The notes beneath the pieces are model-generated. The model was not told where the DNA came from and made no database searches. It was given only the letters and a program-made list of their open reading frames with translations. From positions 1 through 56,840 of the forward strand of contig DXJV01000030.1 of the NCBI GenBank assembly GCA_019056785.1: DNA of 56,840 nt, in the 5' to 3' direction. Source of the stretch: Candidatus Heimdallarchaeota archaeon. GTDB lineage: Archaea; Asgardarchaeota; Heimdallarchaeia; JABLTI01. A program made the position numbers and the translations under genes. Position 1 is the first letter of the stretch. Each line of letters starts with the position of its first letter. Shown one piece after another: positions 1-10,904 of this stretch.

Positions 1-841
<841 letters not shown>

Positions 842-1500
842 TGTTGATTCCTGTTCGTCTCATCTACGTTATTGGTCTTTTCGTCAGATTTTACATAAAC
901 AATAACAGGGTTTGTACGCCTTTTTTTTCAGTCGTAAAGGATTTTTCGGTTGTTTTCGCTAGAATTTTTGCTTGGGCTTTTTTTCCTTCCTTTCGGAATT
1001 CTTTTCAGCCTTTGCTCATTCGTTTGCTTTTTCACCTTACAACCTTTTCATGTTTTCTTCTGACGGGTAGTTTTCTGTGCGAGTTTTCCTTTGTTCAACC
1101 CCGAGCCTTTGCTTCTCGGGATCTCATCCTTTGCTTTTTCTCCTCGTTTTTTTCTGCATGTCCGCTTGCTTGGATGTTCTGACGGGTCATCCCTGGGCAT
1201 GTTGCCCTTTAGTCGCGTCAGGCCTTTTTGTTTACAAGCGTTTTCTCAGCATCTCTTTCCGAGGAAACTAATTTTTTATGGTGCAAGGTTTTCTTTTTAA
1301 ACTTTTGCTCTGATGAGCAAATCATTTTTCATTCTAATTGTTTTCTTTTTACACCTTGCATCTTACTTTGTTTTATGAGCTTTCTGGCCCTTTTAAAGTC
1401 TTTTGTTAAAATTAATATTACTCTTGCAAGCATAAATTTTTTTCGTTCTATTTTATTCTATTTGCCTTGTTTTTATGCTTTAAATCTAAAAATTGTAGAG
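842..1500 (-). promoter_or_regulatory. pre-rRNA 5' leader and probable rRNA promoter region
   Basis: Non-coding stretch directly upstream of 16S, A-rich on the transcribed strand. BRE/TATA-like elements on the minus strand near 1290-1306 (AAAAGTTTAAAAAG) and 1390-1404. Short hairpins present. Confidence 0.5.
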
Positions 1501-1911
1501 ACAAGGCTTTTTCTTTTCACATCAACTTAGAAGTTAAGAGATTTGTGCTGAAGACTTTACAAGCTATTTTCATCTAAAATTTATAACTAGACTTGCTGCA
1601 TAGTCATTTTCAATTATGTATATTTTGATGCGGATTTGTTTGAATCATTGTAAAAAGAAGGTATAATTTCAGTCTGATTGCATTTATGGGCTTTTAGAAG
1701 TGAGAAAACTTCATTAGCTCACTGAAAAGTCAGTAGAGTTTAGCATTGTTTGCAATCTAATTTTGGCTATCTGATTTATAATAATGTATTACTAACCTCT
1801 TTTTAAGCAAATAATGAGTAAAAATATGTAAGATTAAATTAAAAAATAACAAAGAGCCAATTATAATGAAAATTTTTATTAAAAAAAATAAGATTGTTTT
1901 TAGGGATATGT

Positions 1912-3273
1912 ATGTCTCAAAACAATCATTTGATTTCTAAACTCATTTTTATTTTAATAGTATTTAGTTTTTTTTTGAACTTGCTGAACGCACATGCGGT
2001 AGAAGAGGAATTTTTTGGACACCCTGGTGTCAATTGTTGCTGTCCTTCACAAGAAGATCTGGTTACAATAGAAACATTTCCACTTGATCTGGATAGATTA
2101 TTCTGGGTGGATAATTTAACGAAACAAAATGAGATAATGAACTATATCGGAAATGAAAGTGGCGGGTGGCTACTCTCTCCTTGGGGAGGTTTTTTCACTA
2201 GTGGCCATATCGAAGGAGCAGACAAGTGGTATTTTGAACCTCGTCGTCTTGTGTCCATTTATGCTCCCCATGATGGAATCCTTGAAGAGCTTAGAAACCC
2301 AAATGGCACAAGTGGAATAATGAATGGCTCAGAAGTGGTATACGATTGCTGTCTCACCATTAAAATTGGTGAAAAATGTTGCATAAGATTTGGACACATT
2401 GCTATTCTAAAAACGATATTTGACGAGATAGAAAGCAATGGGGGTTATTCTTTTTCAGAAGGTGAATTACTCGGCTACCCAACGTATTATGGCAATTACG
2501 AGGGTGGTACAGAAATGTATTATCTTTACAATTACGAAAGTATATGTCCTTTTCCGGCTCTTAGTCCATCATTGCAGTCAAAAGTTATGTCGTATTATAA
2601 TTTACAATATGAAAGGATGAAGTTAAGCGGGCGTTACCCACAAAGTAGAATCTGTACAAATACAAGTATTGACATAGAGAATTCTTATTGGGGTGTTTGG
2701 TCATATTATACTGGACCCTATAACTCGTATTATGAGGGATTAGAAGATTTTGGTTTTTATAAGATGAGTTTTTTAACGCTTTTCAGGCGGGAGTTTGCTA
2801 ACCCGGAAACCTATTGGCGAGATATCAATTACCCAGAACGTAACCTTACATCGGACATTCTAGGCATTTTCGGAGACAATATGGTAGCAGAAGATATTCC
2901 TGGATATACACCGCTTACTATAGGGCACATTCGGCAAATTGAAGGCGATCAAAGTCAAGGTATTTTGAATTTATCGCTATTCGGAGAGAGCCCAGATTAT
3001 CCTAAAGGTACAAGCTTTTACGCGCGATTTAGAGTTAATCCTAGAACTGAAGGCTTTATAGATGATCTACTAACATTTGAATCATTTGAGAACTTGTCAG
3101 CTGCTCAACAGGGATTTACAGCGAAAAACATCACCTATCAAAGAGTTCTCGTTGATTTCCAAACTAATAGTGAAGTAATCGCAATCAATCTGTTTCTGGT
3201 CGCCCCTCCAGGTTTATTGTTCATCCTAACGCTTGCCTTACTTAAAAAAAGAAGCAGTGAAAAAAGATGTTAA
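1912..3273 (+). CDS. secreted/membrane-anchored protein with peptidase M23 (LytM)-like fold, probably catalytically incomplete
   Basis: N-terminal signal peptide (..LLNAHA); HIEGAD, IYAPHDG, FGHI and GELLG motifs resemble M23 but the final HxH is absent; C-terminal TM helix plus KKR. ATG at 1912 preferred over TTG 1894. Confidence 0.6.
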   Translation: MSQNNHLISKLIFILIVFSFFLNLLNAHAVEEEFFGHPGVNCCCPSQEDLVTIETFPLDLDRLFWVDNLTKQNEIMNYIGNESGGWLLSPWGGFFTSGHIEGADKWYFEPRRLVSIYAPHDGILEELRNPNGTSGIMNGSEVVYDCCLTIKIGEKCCIRFGHIAILKTIFDEIESNGGYSFSEGELLGYPTYYGNYEGGTEMYYLYNYESICPFPALSPSLQSKVMSYYNLQYERMKLSGRYPQSRICTNTSIDIENSYWGVWSYYTGPYNSYYEGLEDFGFYKMSFLTLFRREFANPETYWRDINYPERNLTSDILGIFGDNMVAEDIPGYTPLTIGHIRQIEGDQSQGILNLSLFGESPDYPKGTSFYARFRVNPRTEGFIDDLLTFESFENLSAAQQGFTAKNITYQRVLVDFQTNSEVIAINLFLVAPPGLLFILTLALLKKRSSEKRC

Positions 3274-3348
3274 AATCATGTGAGTTTAGAAATCAATGAT
3301 GTGTTTCTTTTTTCTGCTTTTTTCTTTACCAAGTTTTCAAATCGTTTT

Positions 3349-3735
3349 TCATTTTCCCGGTAAGGTGATATTTTTACTGTTGCAAAAGATTGCTCCTATG
3401 GTTGTTATTGTCATTCCTATCATGACTAATAGCTCAAAGGTCACCATTGTTACAAATGTTTTATGCAAGGTTCCAGGTCTTACGTAGTAGATTATTATTG
3501 TTAAGGACCACGACAAGATCAATACCATCACTATTATTGATCCTACGATAGGAAGCAATTCACTACTACTTCCGGTTCTCTCTTTACTTTCTAGGTTTTG
3601 TGCTATTCTAAGCATCATAAGTCCCAACATAAATAGAATGAAAGATAGTAACCGTGTTCCTATTAATAAACCGCTAAGGACAGGCGTTGAAAGAGTTAGG
3701 TATGTTTCTGGGCATGCAAAGCGTATTGTTAACAT
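3349..3735 (-). pseudogene. 5'-truncated paralog of membrane protein 4098..4874
   Basis: Matches the C-terminal half of 4098..4874 (LLSFILFMLGL/LLTFILMMIGL; ELLPIVG/ELLVIVG; KTFVTMVTFE/KTFITMVTLE; TIGAI). N-terminal half is absent. Confidence 0.75.
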
Positions 3736-3962
3736 GATGATCTGGGTTATTCCAAGGATTAAATTTAGATAGATTGTTCTGGGCGGATAATTTAACGAAG
3801 CAAAATGAGATCATGTACTATATCAGAAATGAAAGTGGTGAGTGGCTTCTCTCTATATGAGGGGTTATTTCATCAGCAACCATATTGAAGGAGCAAATAA
3901 GTGGTATTTTGAACCCCGCCGTCTTGTAGCCATTTATGCTCCCCTTAATGGAACGCTGGATG
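3736..3962 (+). pseudogene. degenerate fragment copy of gene 1912..3273 (matches ~2052-2287)
   Basis: Near-identical DNA (GATAGATT.TTCTGGG.GGATAATTTAACGAA.CAAAATGAGAT; AAGTGGTATTTTGAACC.CG.CGTCTTGT), with TGG>TGA stop at ~3858 and a 1-nt deletion. Confidence 0.9.
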
Positions 3963-4097
3963 ATTTCTTTATTTTTTTTATTGGAGATTTGCCAGATAAT
4001 GTAAATAATCTCATTTTTTCCAGTCTTTTACTGAGTTATTAATAGAAAAAGCATTATCCCTCCCCTATATCTGAACAAATAGTTTGTCCTTCCTTCT

Positions 4098-4874
4098 TCA
4101 GCCTTTTGGATATTGCGGCTGTAATAAATGCCAATTATTGGTGTTGATAATCGCGCCTATTGTAACTAGTAGCATTCCTGCCAGACTAAGCATTTCCAAG
4201 GTTACCATGGTTATGAATGTTTTCTGAGGGGTAATTATAAAATAGAGTGTTGTCACTAATGCCCATAAAAAGAGTAGTCCCAGCACGTATATTGCTCCAA
4301 CAATTACAAGTAATTCATTACTACCATTTACATCCATTTTTTCTTGTCTTTGTACAATCGTTAAAACTAAAAGTCCAATCATCATAAGTATAAATGTGAG
4401 CAACACCTGAATTATGATCGTTGCGGCAATAAATTTATTGAACGCGGGTTTATTGAGTAAATCCTCAAGGTTAATTGTTGTTCCTATAACAATAGCTATA
4501 TTGAAGATCAAAGTTATAATTGTATTACTCAATATGATTATTCCTGTCGTTGTTAGGAGCTTTCCTCCCTTTTGCTGTGGATTTCCAAAGAACAAAAAGC
4601 TTGTTGCTAATAACGTTGCTCCAAAACCAGTTAGGGTTGATGCTACTACTACAAAGAGGTTTGTTGTTATTAACTTTGCTAATGGGAGTCCAGAGCTATA
4701 ATCAATTACCCAAGGGTATGTATATATCCTCGAAGCATAGCTTACGAGCCCCCGCAATAGATAAAAGAAGAAACCTACTGCCATCATTATTAGTGATGCT
4801 TGTATGATCCTCTTTTTTCTCTCCAACTCGCTCCGTAATAAAAAGTCAACATGTGACTGTTCAAACTCTTCCAT
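4098..4874 (-). CDS. multi-pass membrane protein, unknown function
   Basis: 258-aa ORF with about 6 hydrophobic helices; paralogous fragment at 3349..3735. Confidence 0.85.
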   Translation of the reverse strand: MEEFEQSHVDFLLRSELERKKRIIQASLIMMAVGFFFYLLRGLVSYASRIYTYPWVIDYSSGLPLAKLITTNLFVVVASTLTGFGATLLATSFLFFGNPQQKGGKLLTTTGIIILSNTIITLIFNIAIVIGTTINLEDLLNKPAFNKFIAATIIIQVLLTFILMMIGLLVLTIVQRQEKMDVNGSNELLVIVGAIYVLGLLFLWALVTTLYFIITPQKTFITMVTLEMLSLAGMLLVTIGAIINTNNWHLLQPQYPKG

Positions 4875-5359
4875 TTTTATTACCTAAAAAATATTTAATT
4901 TAATGGTGTATATATATAATTGCAATTCGACTATTCTTCCTTAAAGGGTTTTATTGCGCTCTTTATGGTGGCGCTAAACAAACGCGACGGCTACCATAAG
5001 TTTGCTAGACCATTAAAAGTGGATAACAATCAGGTCCTATTCGTTATCAGAAAAAGCCTCCCAGAGATAACTTCCTTCAAGTTGCTCTCTCTAATAAATT
5101 ACCTATAGCAACATAAGCAATTTATTTGGAAGTAGTAAATTCTTACTACATTTTGCACTATTTGCATACATATATTATTACTTAACTTCTATCTATGAAA
5201 CATTAATTCTCATTTAGATTTGATAATAATTTGGCAAGTGATTCTCTGTTTTTTATTAGAAAGTAATGTTATTCTGTTTAAATTACACATGGCCTACAAT
5301 TATTCTTGGAGGGCTAAGTGTGGGGTAGTAATATTGCAAAGACAAAATAGAAAAACGAA

Positions 5360-8302
5360 TCAATGTTGTTCAAATAATTGTATTGCTTTCTCTATTTTTT
5401 GTTCTTCAGAATTCATTTCTAATTCTATACATAATAATTTCAAGATATTTAACCATGTTAAATAAGTCGATCTTTTCTGTTTATCGAGATATGTTAATGT
5501 AAGTGATTGATAAATAGGAATTTTTTCTTTGAATTTTGAAGCTAAGATGATTTGATTATTAACTAAAATTGGATTGTTTAGTGTTACAAATCTGTTTTTA
5601 GGGACACTCTTCATTACGTTCAATGACAATAAAATTGAATCTATTACTTCTTTTAGTTTCTCTTTGGAATTCGATATAGATTTCAATTGCTTTGTTTTAT
5701 GATTATATAATTTAGATAAAACCACATCTATTACAAGTGTCTTCAAATTGAATTCTTTAAATGTCTCAATTTTATCAAACAATGTATCTAATACGCTATC
5801 TTTTTGTTGTTCATGCAAAATTTGTAGAGAAGGGGTCTTCTTTGTTGGTAATGGAGGAAAAACGGTTTTCAGTAAAACACCTGAATGCAAATCCCAACTT
5901 CTTAATGATCCTTGTGGTGTTTTAAAGTAGATTTCACCTTCAAAATTAACCCCAAATAACTTCATTTCCTTTCCTTTCTCTCTATCGAGTGTAAATATCA
6001 AAGAACCATCATTCGCGTTTAATATATCAGTATAGGAACTTGGATTATTGGCTATAATATAGCCGTCTTTGTGAACTACAAATTCACTATAATTTCTCTC
6101 TAAAGTAAACAGAATTTTTCCTTTAATGTCAGTTATAAATTGACTGTTTTTACTAATTACAAGCAAATTTTTGTTTGGTAATTTTAATAAATCTAATACA
6201 GGTTTACCCTCAAATGAAATTGTTTCAATACATTTTCCAGTTGTGATATTCCATATTTTTATGATTCCTTCATATGATATAGTTGCAATTAAATCGTCAT
6301 CTAATTCAAGTGCTTTTTTAACTAATTTTGTATGTCCGGTAAATGTTTGTTTGTAACTTTTAATTGAAAAATTTTCAATGTTGTTATCAAATAACCTAAA
6401 ATCACCATTAGCTAAGGCTACAAAAATTAAATTCTCATTTAAAGGCAGATAAGCAATTGATTTATCAGTTTGTGACATTAAATCACCAGAGGTCAATTCT
6501 AATATTTTGTGGAAATTTTTCTTCTGGGTTATTTCAGTAATTTTATTTCCTAACTCTTCATAAAGGATCAATCTTCGAGAATAAACAGCATATAGGAAAA
6601 AGGTATTTTCTTTAATAGGTATAATTTGAAATGTTTCTCGCCACCTATTTAAATCGACAACGCTATCAATTTGTTTTACAAGCTCACCTGTTTCTAGGGA
6701 ATAGATGTGATAGCTTTTTCTGTGCACCGTGGCAATAAATAGCAAATCATTTGGTATATATCTCACAAAAATGTCATTGAATCCACCATTAACTGGTATT
6801 TGATATCTATTAATTACTGACCAATCTTTCATAGACCATTTTATAATTCCATCTTGAGCCGTCGAGATTAATGTATTATTAGTTGAGAAAGCAAGTGATG
6901 TAATTCCTTTTTTATGACCTTTTAACGTTTGAAGAATTCTACCTGAATTTGGTGAGACAACAAATATATGATATTCCTTTACATTGTAACTAGAAGCTTG
7001 TGAAACGATAATTCTATTTAAATCATCTATTAGAAATGCTGAAAGATTAGTGCTACCTACAGTATAAGAATTTAAGAGAATATTATTTGGCGAATAAATT
7101 TCAATTTTATTTTTATTTATTTGTACAGTTCTACCATCAGATAATGGTTTAATTTTTCCACTATCGTTTATGATTTGTTTTCTATCTTGGAAAGCAGATG
7201 CAACGTTTGTTGCTAAATTTATACTAATAGTAATTTCTTTTAGACACTTGTAAGTTTTCAAATCCCAGAATTTTATTGTATTATTTGTGTATGAAATCAT
7301 TTTTCCCCCTGGAATCATTAAAAAATCTTTTATTCCTGAAGTATGAGCATCCCATTTAGCTAGGGCTTTTTTATTAATAGGATTCCATACGTATATTGAA
7401 CCATCAGAACCACCTGTAATTAACCTCCCATCAGAAAGAAATTCTAGTGCAGTAATACTTGTTTCTTGCTCACGCAGAATTTTTGCTTTTGATGTTCCAG
7501 TTCTATTATTGATACGGATTGTTTTATCAGCAGAACCCGTTGCAACTAATGTATCATTTGCATCAAAGGAGAGAATACATTCTTTATGCCCAAAGAAAGT
7601 CTTAATGTTTTGATTCTCTTGTTCTTCATAATTTTCAATAAGAAAAACCTCAGAACGACTTTTTCTTCTATATCCAAATGAAGTTTCTGTGTTGATTATT
7701 GCAGAACCATCATCATAAATTTTGAATCGAATAGCGTTTTCAATCCGTTTTTGAACTATTCTTGGTTTATTTGCTGATGAATGTTGATAGTTATCAAGTG
7801 GTTTGTAATATCTACTAATTTCCATTAATATTTCATTCTTTTCTAAATCATACTGAAACAAATTGGAGTCTGTCAACCCAATAATCCTTTCTCTAGGATC
7901 TAGTTTTAATTGTTGGATTCGTCTATTTCCATATGAAAATTCTTGTATTCTGACTCCTGTTTTTATATCAAAAACCACTATTTTCGGGGGATTGTTTGCA
8001 TATGAAGATGTACCTAAAGCTACAACTAATTTGTCATTTTTAAGAACCATTGAATTGATGTTTTGCATAGTAATAAACACACTAATTTGTTTTTTGGATT
8101 TTAAATCATAAATCCTAATTGTATTATCATTACAAGCAACCGCAATTTTATCATCAGTAAACAGGATTACTTCTTGAATTGCAAGTCTATGTGAAGTTCG
8201 TTGTTGCTTTTCAATTAAGAATAAAGGATCAGGTTTTGGCATTACAGAAATTTTATCATAAACACGCTCATTTTTTGAATTAGGTATTTCACTACGTGGC
8301 AT
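5360..8302 (-). CDS. WD40 repeat (multi beta-propeller) protein with helical C-terminus
   Basis: Repeated GH...W[DN] motifs (GHKECILSFD, GGSDGSIYVWN, TIKFWD, GHKKGITSL, GHTKLV..IIKIWN). ATG 8302 follows an AGGAGAAGG SD and avoids overlap with the vWA gene. Confidence 0.9.
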   Translation of the reverse strand: MPRSEIPNSKNERVYDKISVMPKPDPLFLIEKQQRTSHRLAIQEVILFTDDKIAVACNDNTIRIYDLKSKKQISVFITMQNINSMVLKNDKLVVALGTSSYANNPPKIVVFDIKTGVRIQEFSYGNRRIQQLKLDPRERIIGLTDSNLFQYDLEKNEILMEISRYYKPLDNYQHSSANKPRIVQKRIENAIRFKIYDDGSAIINTETSFGYRRKSRSEVFLIENYEEQENQNIKTFFGHKECILSFDANDTLVATGSADKTIRINNRTGTSKAKILREQETSITALEFLSDGRLITGGSDGSIYVWNPINKKALAKWDAHTSGIKDFLMIPGGKMISYTNNTIKFWDLKTYKCLKEITISINLATNVASAFQDRKQIINDSGKIKPLSDGRTVQINKNKIEIYSPNNILLNSYTVGSTNLSAFLIDDLNRIIVSQASSYNVKEYHIFVVSPNSGRILQTLKGHKKGITSLAFSTNNTLISTAQDGIIKWSMKDWSVINRYQIPVNGGFNDIFVRYIPNDLLFIATVHRKSYHIYSLETGELVKQIDSVVDLNRWRETFQIIPIKENTFFLYAVYSRRLILYEELGNKITEITQKKNFHKILELTSGDLMSQTDKSIAYLPLNENLIFVALANGDFRLFDNNIENFSIKSYKQTFTGHTKLVKKALELDDDLIATISYEGIIKIWNITTGKCIETISFEGKPVLDLLKLPNKNLLVISKNSQFITDIKGKILFTLERNYSEFVVHKDGYIIANNPSSYTDILNANDGSLIFTLDREKGKEMKLFGVNFEGEIYFKTPQGSLRSWDLHSGVLLKTVFPPLPTKKTPSLQILHEQQKDSVLDTLFDKIETFKEFNLKTLVIDVVLSKLYNHKTKQLKSISNSKEKLKEVIDSILLSLNVMKSVPKNRFVTLNNPILVNNQIILASKFKEKIPIYQSLTLTYLDKQKRSTYLTWLNILKLLCIELEMNSEEQKIEKAIQLFEQH

Positions 8303-8321
8303 TACAAAACCTTCTCCTATT

Positions 8322-10904
8322 TTATCTATTCGAAATAATTTTACAAACTGTATCAATGATTTCCTTTTCATTATGAATCTGAACAACATTCGCTTTGAAT
8401 GCTTTTTCCCATTGTTTTAGTTCCCAATTATTGATACTTACACCGGGAGCTATAAGATATGTTTTAGGCGATAATTTTTGTAACCCTTTGAAATCTTTGT
8501 GATTTCTAATATTATAAAAGAATTCAAAATCACTGGCAACTAAGAAATAGAGTTGCTCTTCATCTATCTTTTTGAATTGATCATAAGCCCAAGTTAAAGC
8601 TCTATTTATTACCGTTCCTCCCCTAGCTCTAATTTCGAGTAACTCATCTATTACTTTGTCAATTTCTGGTTTTTCGTCCATAACTTCAAGTAACACATGA
8701 GTATCGGATTCAAATAAAGCAATACCTATTTCTTGTTCTTTAAGTCTAGAAAGAAGCATTGTTATAAGAAATGAACAATATGCCAATCGTTCTTTTCCAG
8801 TCATAGAACCGGATATGTCTAGAAGAATTACTAGGGCAATCCTTCCTTTACGCTGATCATGAACGATAAAATCATCTGGAATTATCTGTTCTGAATTTTT
8901 GCCCATAGAAATAATATTTTCCAGTGTTTGTTCAATGTCTATTAAATCTAATTCATCCCCTTCTTTGAAGGGTCTAGTTTGACTAGAAGCCATTATACCA
9001 GATTCTGCTGATCCTAATTTCTTTCTAGCCATATCCATAGCTGTTGAAATGACAATTTTCCGCAGAATTTTCTTTAGCTTATCTCGCATAACACTTGGTA
9101 TATCATCTCTAAAAATAAACCATTGTCTTAGTATATCTTCACCGAACCCAGCACTTAGTGATGATAACAAAAAATCTTCAGCACCCATTTTTTGGGCTGT
9201 TTTTATTGCTAACGAGAGGTTTTCTGAAGCCAATGCACCAAGAGCAGGTCTATTTTTATGGCTTAGTGCTGTTTCATTTGACATTTGTACTTGATTTTGA
9301 GTTAGATTCAAACCTTGCAAAGAATTCTTGTATCCAAAAACATCCTTACTTTGGTTTCTAATTGATTTTAAGAATGATTCAAAATCAGTATAAAGCATCT
9401 CATTTAATTCGTCTACTGAACAGCCTATAGACTGCCCATATTCCATCATCATTTGCTCATTTAATTTAACACCTTGTCTAACGAGGGAAAAACCGGTATT
9501 TAGAAAACTTTGCTTTGAGTGAATTGAAGTCATCCATGCATTTGCAGCAGCATTCCGAATTTTGTCAAGTGAGCTAGTATAATATGGATTTTTAACTTTA
9601 GAAGAGATATCAGCTATATCATGGAATAATTCTTCAAATTTTCTAGGAATAGATTTTTCTTGTAATTTGGCTAATTGATTATTGCATGAATCAACAACAG
9701 CATTTTCTATTTCCTTACTATAAAATGGAATTGCTGGTAAAGCTTGGTATGAAATTTTATCTTTTACATCAGAAGAAGACAGCAGTTGCTTAATAAAATC
9801 TACTGAAAGTGATTGCCCAAGTTGATTTTCTAAAGATAAGATCATTTCCAATGGTTTGGTTAATGTAGAATCTTTACTTAAGATATCAAAAAGTTGTTCT
9901 TTGATTCTCTTACTTAGATAATTTGCATTTTTAATTAAATTATAAATCTCTGAGCTTGTTTTTGCATTTTTAGCTGCTTGTTCAATTAATTCCGTGTGTT
10001 TTTTCCATGATAATCTACCGGAATCATGTAGAGCTTTTGATACTATTGCAACTGATTCAGGATTTGTCTGCATCATCTGCTGAATTGATTTCTCAAATTC
10101 CTTCATCTGATTTAACGTATGTTCTGCAATTGTTTTTTCAATTTGATTCTTTGAATCCTTAAGAATCGCATCTGCAGTATTTGTGTAAGGTATGGCAGAT
10201 AACGCTGATGTTGGTATATTATTTATACTTGAAATTAGTTTTTGACCAACGTAGTCTTTCAATTCCTTAAGGTTCTGCAATTTCTTAATTAATATCTCAG
10301 TAGGATCCACTAAATAATCAACAAGAGCTTTATAGGGTTGTGTCCCACTTTTCCAGTTCGCTGTTGCATCAAAGAAGAAATCTAGCTCTGTTTTTTCTTT
10401 GGGGCCATCTGGATCTTCTGTATCACTCAATAATGACATTGATGAACCCATTTCTCCAAGAAAATCAACAACTCCATCTAATAATTCCTGAGAAATTGAA
10501 CCGGAATAAGCATTTTTTTGTGTTTCTTCTAAAATTTGGTCAATAATAGGTTGTTTGCGTATTGCTTTTTCAGAAGGGTCTTTTTTTGTAGATAAATCCA
10601 ATTCTATTTGTTTCATAGATAATTTAGGAAATAAAATATCCATAACAACACTACGAGCTATTTCTTGATCTTCTGGGGCAGTTGTAATTACGGCTGCTCT
10701 TAAGTAATCTTCTGGTGTGAGATTGGTAGTTGATTTTCTAAAACAAGTGGCTACTAGAAGTTTAGGTATTGCTAAAGCTTGTCTAGTACTCAAAGAATTT
10801 TGTAAATCATCTCGTTCCCTCATTTTTTCACAAAACAAAGACGAAAAGATTATTGGTGGAATTGACTTAAACAAGTCTTCAATGTTTATTTCATCCAATA
10901 CCAA
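8322..10904 (-). CDS. vWA domain protein (CoxE-like partner of MoxR) with long helical N-terminal region
   Basis: C-terminal MIDAS DISGSM, RGGT and ASD. Preceded by RPF..GD...IDIEQT, typical of MoxR-associated vWA proteins. Overlaps the MoxR stop. Confidence 0.9.
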   Translation of the reverse strand: MVLDEINIEDLFKSIPPIIFSSLFCEKMRERDDLQNSLSTRQALAIPKLLVATCFRKSTTNLTPEDYLRAAVITTAPEDQEIARSVVMDILFPKLSMKQIELDLSTKKDPSEKAIRKQPIIDQILEETQKNAYSGSISQELLDGVVDFLGEMGSSMSLLSDTEDPDGPKEKTELDFFFDATANWKSGTQPYKALVDYLVDPTEILIKKLQNLKELKDYVGQKLISSINNIPTSALSAIPYTNTADAILKDSKNQIEKTIAEHTLNQMKEFEKSIQQMMQTNPESVAIVSKALHDSGRLSWKKHTELIEQAAKNAKTSSEIYNLIKNANYLSKRIKEQLFDILSKDSTLTKPLEMILSLENQLGQSLSVDFIKQLLSSSDVKDKISYQALPAIPFYSKEIENAVVDSCNNQLAKLQEKSIPRKFEELFHDIADISSKVKNPYYTSSLDKIRNAAANAWMTSIHSKQSFLNTGFSLVRQGVKLNEQMMMEYGQSIGCSVDELNEMLYTDFESFLKSIRNQSKDVFGYKNSLQGLNLTQNQVQMSNETALSHKNRPALGALASENLSLAIKTAQKMGAEDFLLSSLSAGFGEDILRQWFIFRDDIPSVMRDKLKKILRKIVISTAMDMARKKLGSAESGIMASSQTRPFKEGDELDLIDIEQTLENIISMGKNSEQIIPDDFIVHDQRKGRIALVILLDISGSMTGKERLAYCSFLITMLLSRLKEQEIGIALFESDTHVLLEVMDEKPEIDKVIDELLEIRARGGTVINRALTWAYDQFKKIDEEQLYFLVASDFEFFYNIRNHKDFKGLQKLSPKTYLIAPGVSINNWELKQWEKAFKANVVQIHNEKEIIDTVCKIISNR

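Noticed and set aside
3842-4042. 66-aa ORF as an independent gene
   Set aside because: It is the frameshifted part of the pseudogene fragment plus read-through sequence.
8303-8389. Longer N-terminus of the WD40 ORF
   Set aside because: Overlaps the vWA gene end; ATG 8302 has a clear SD.
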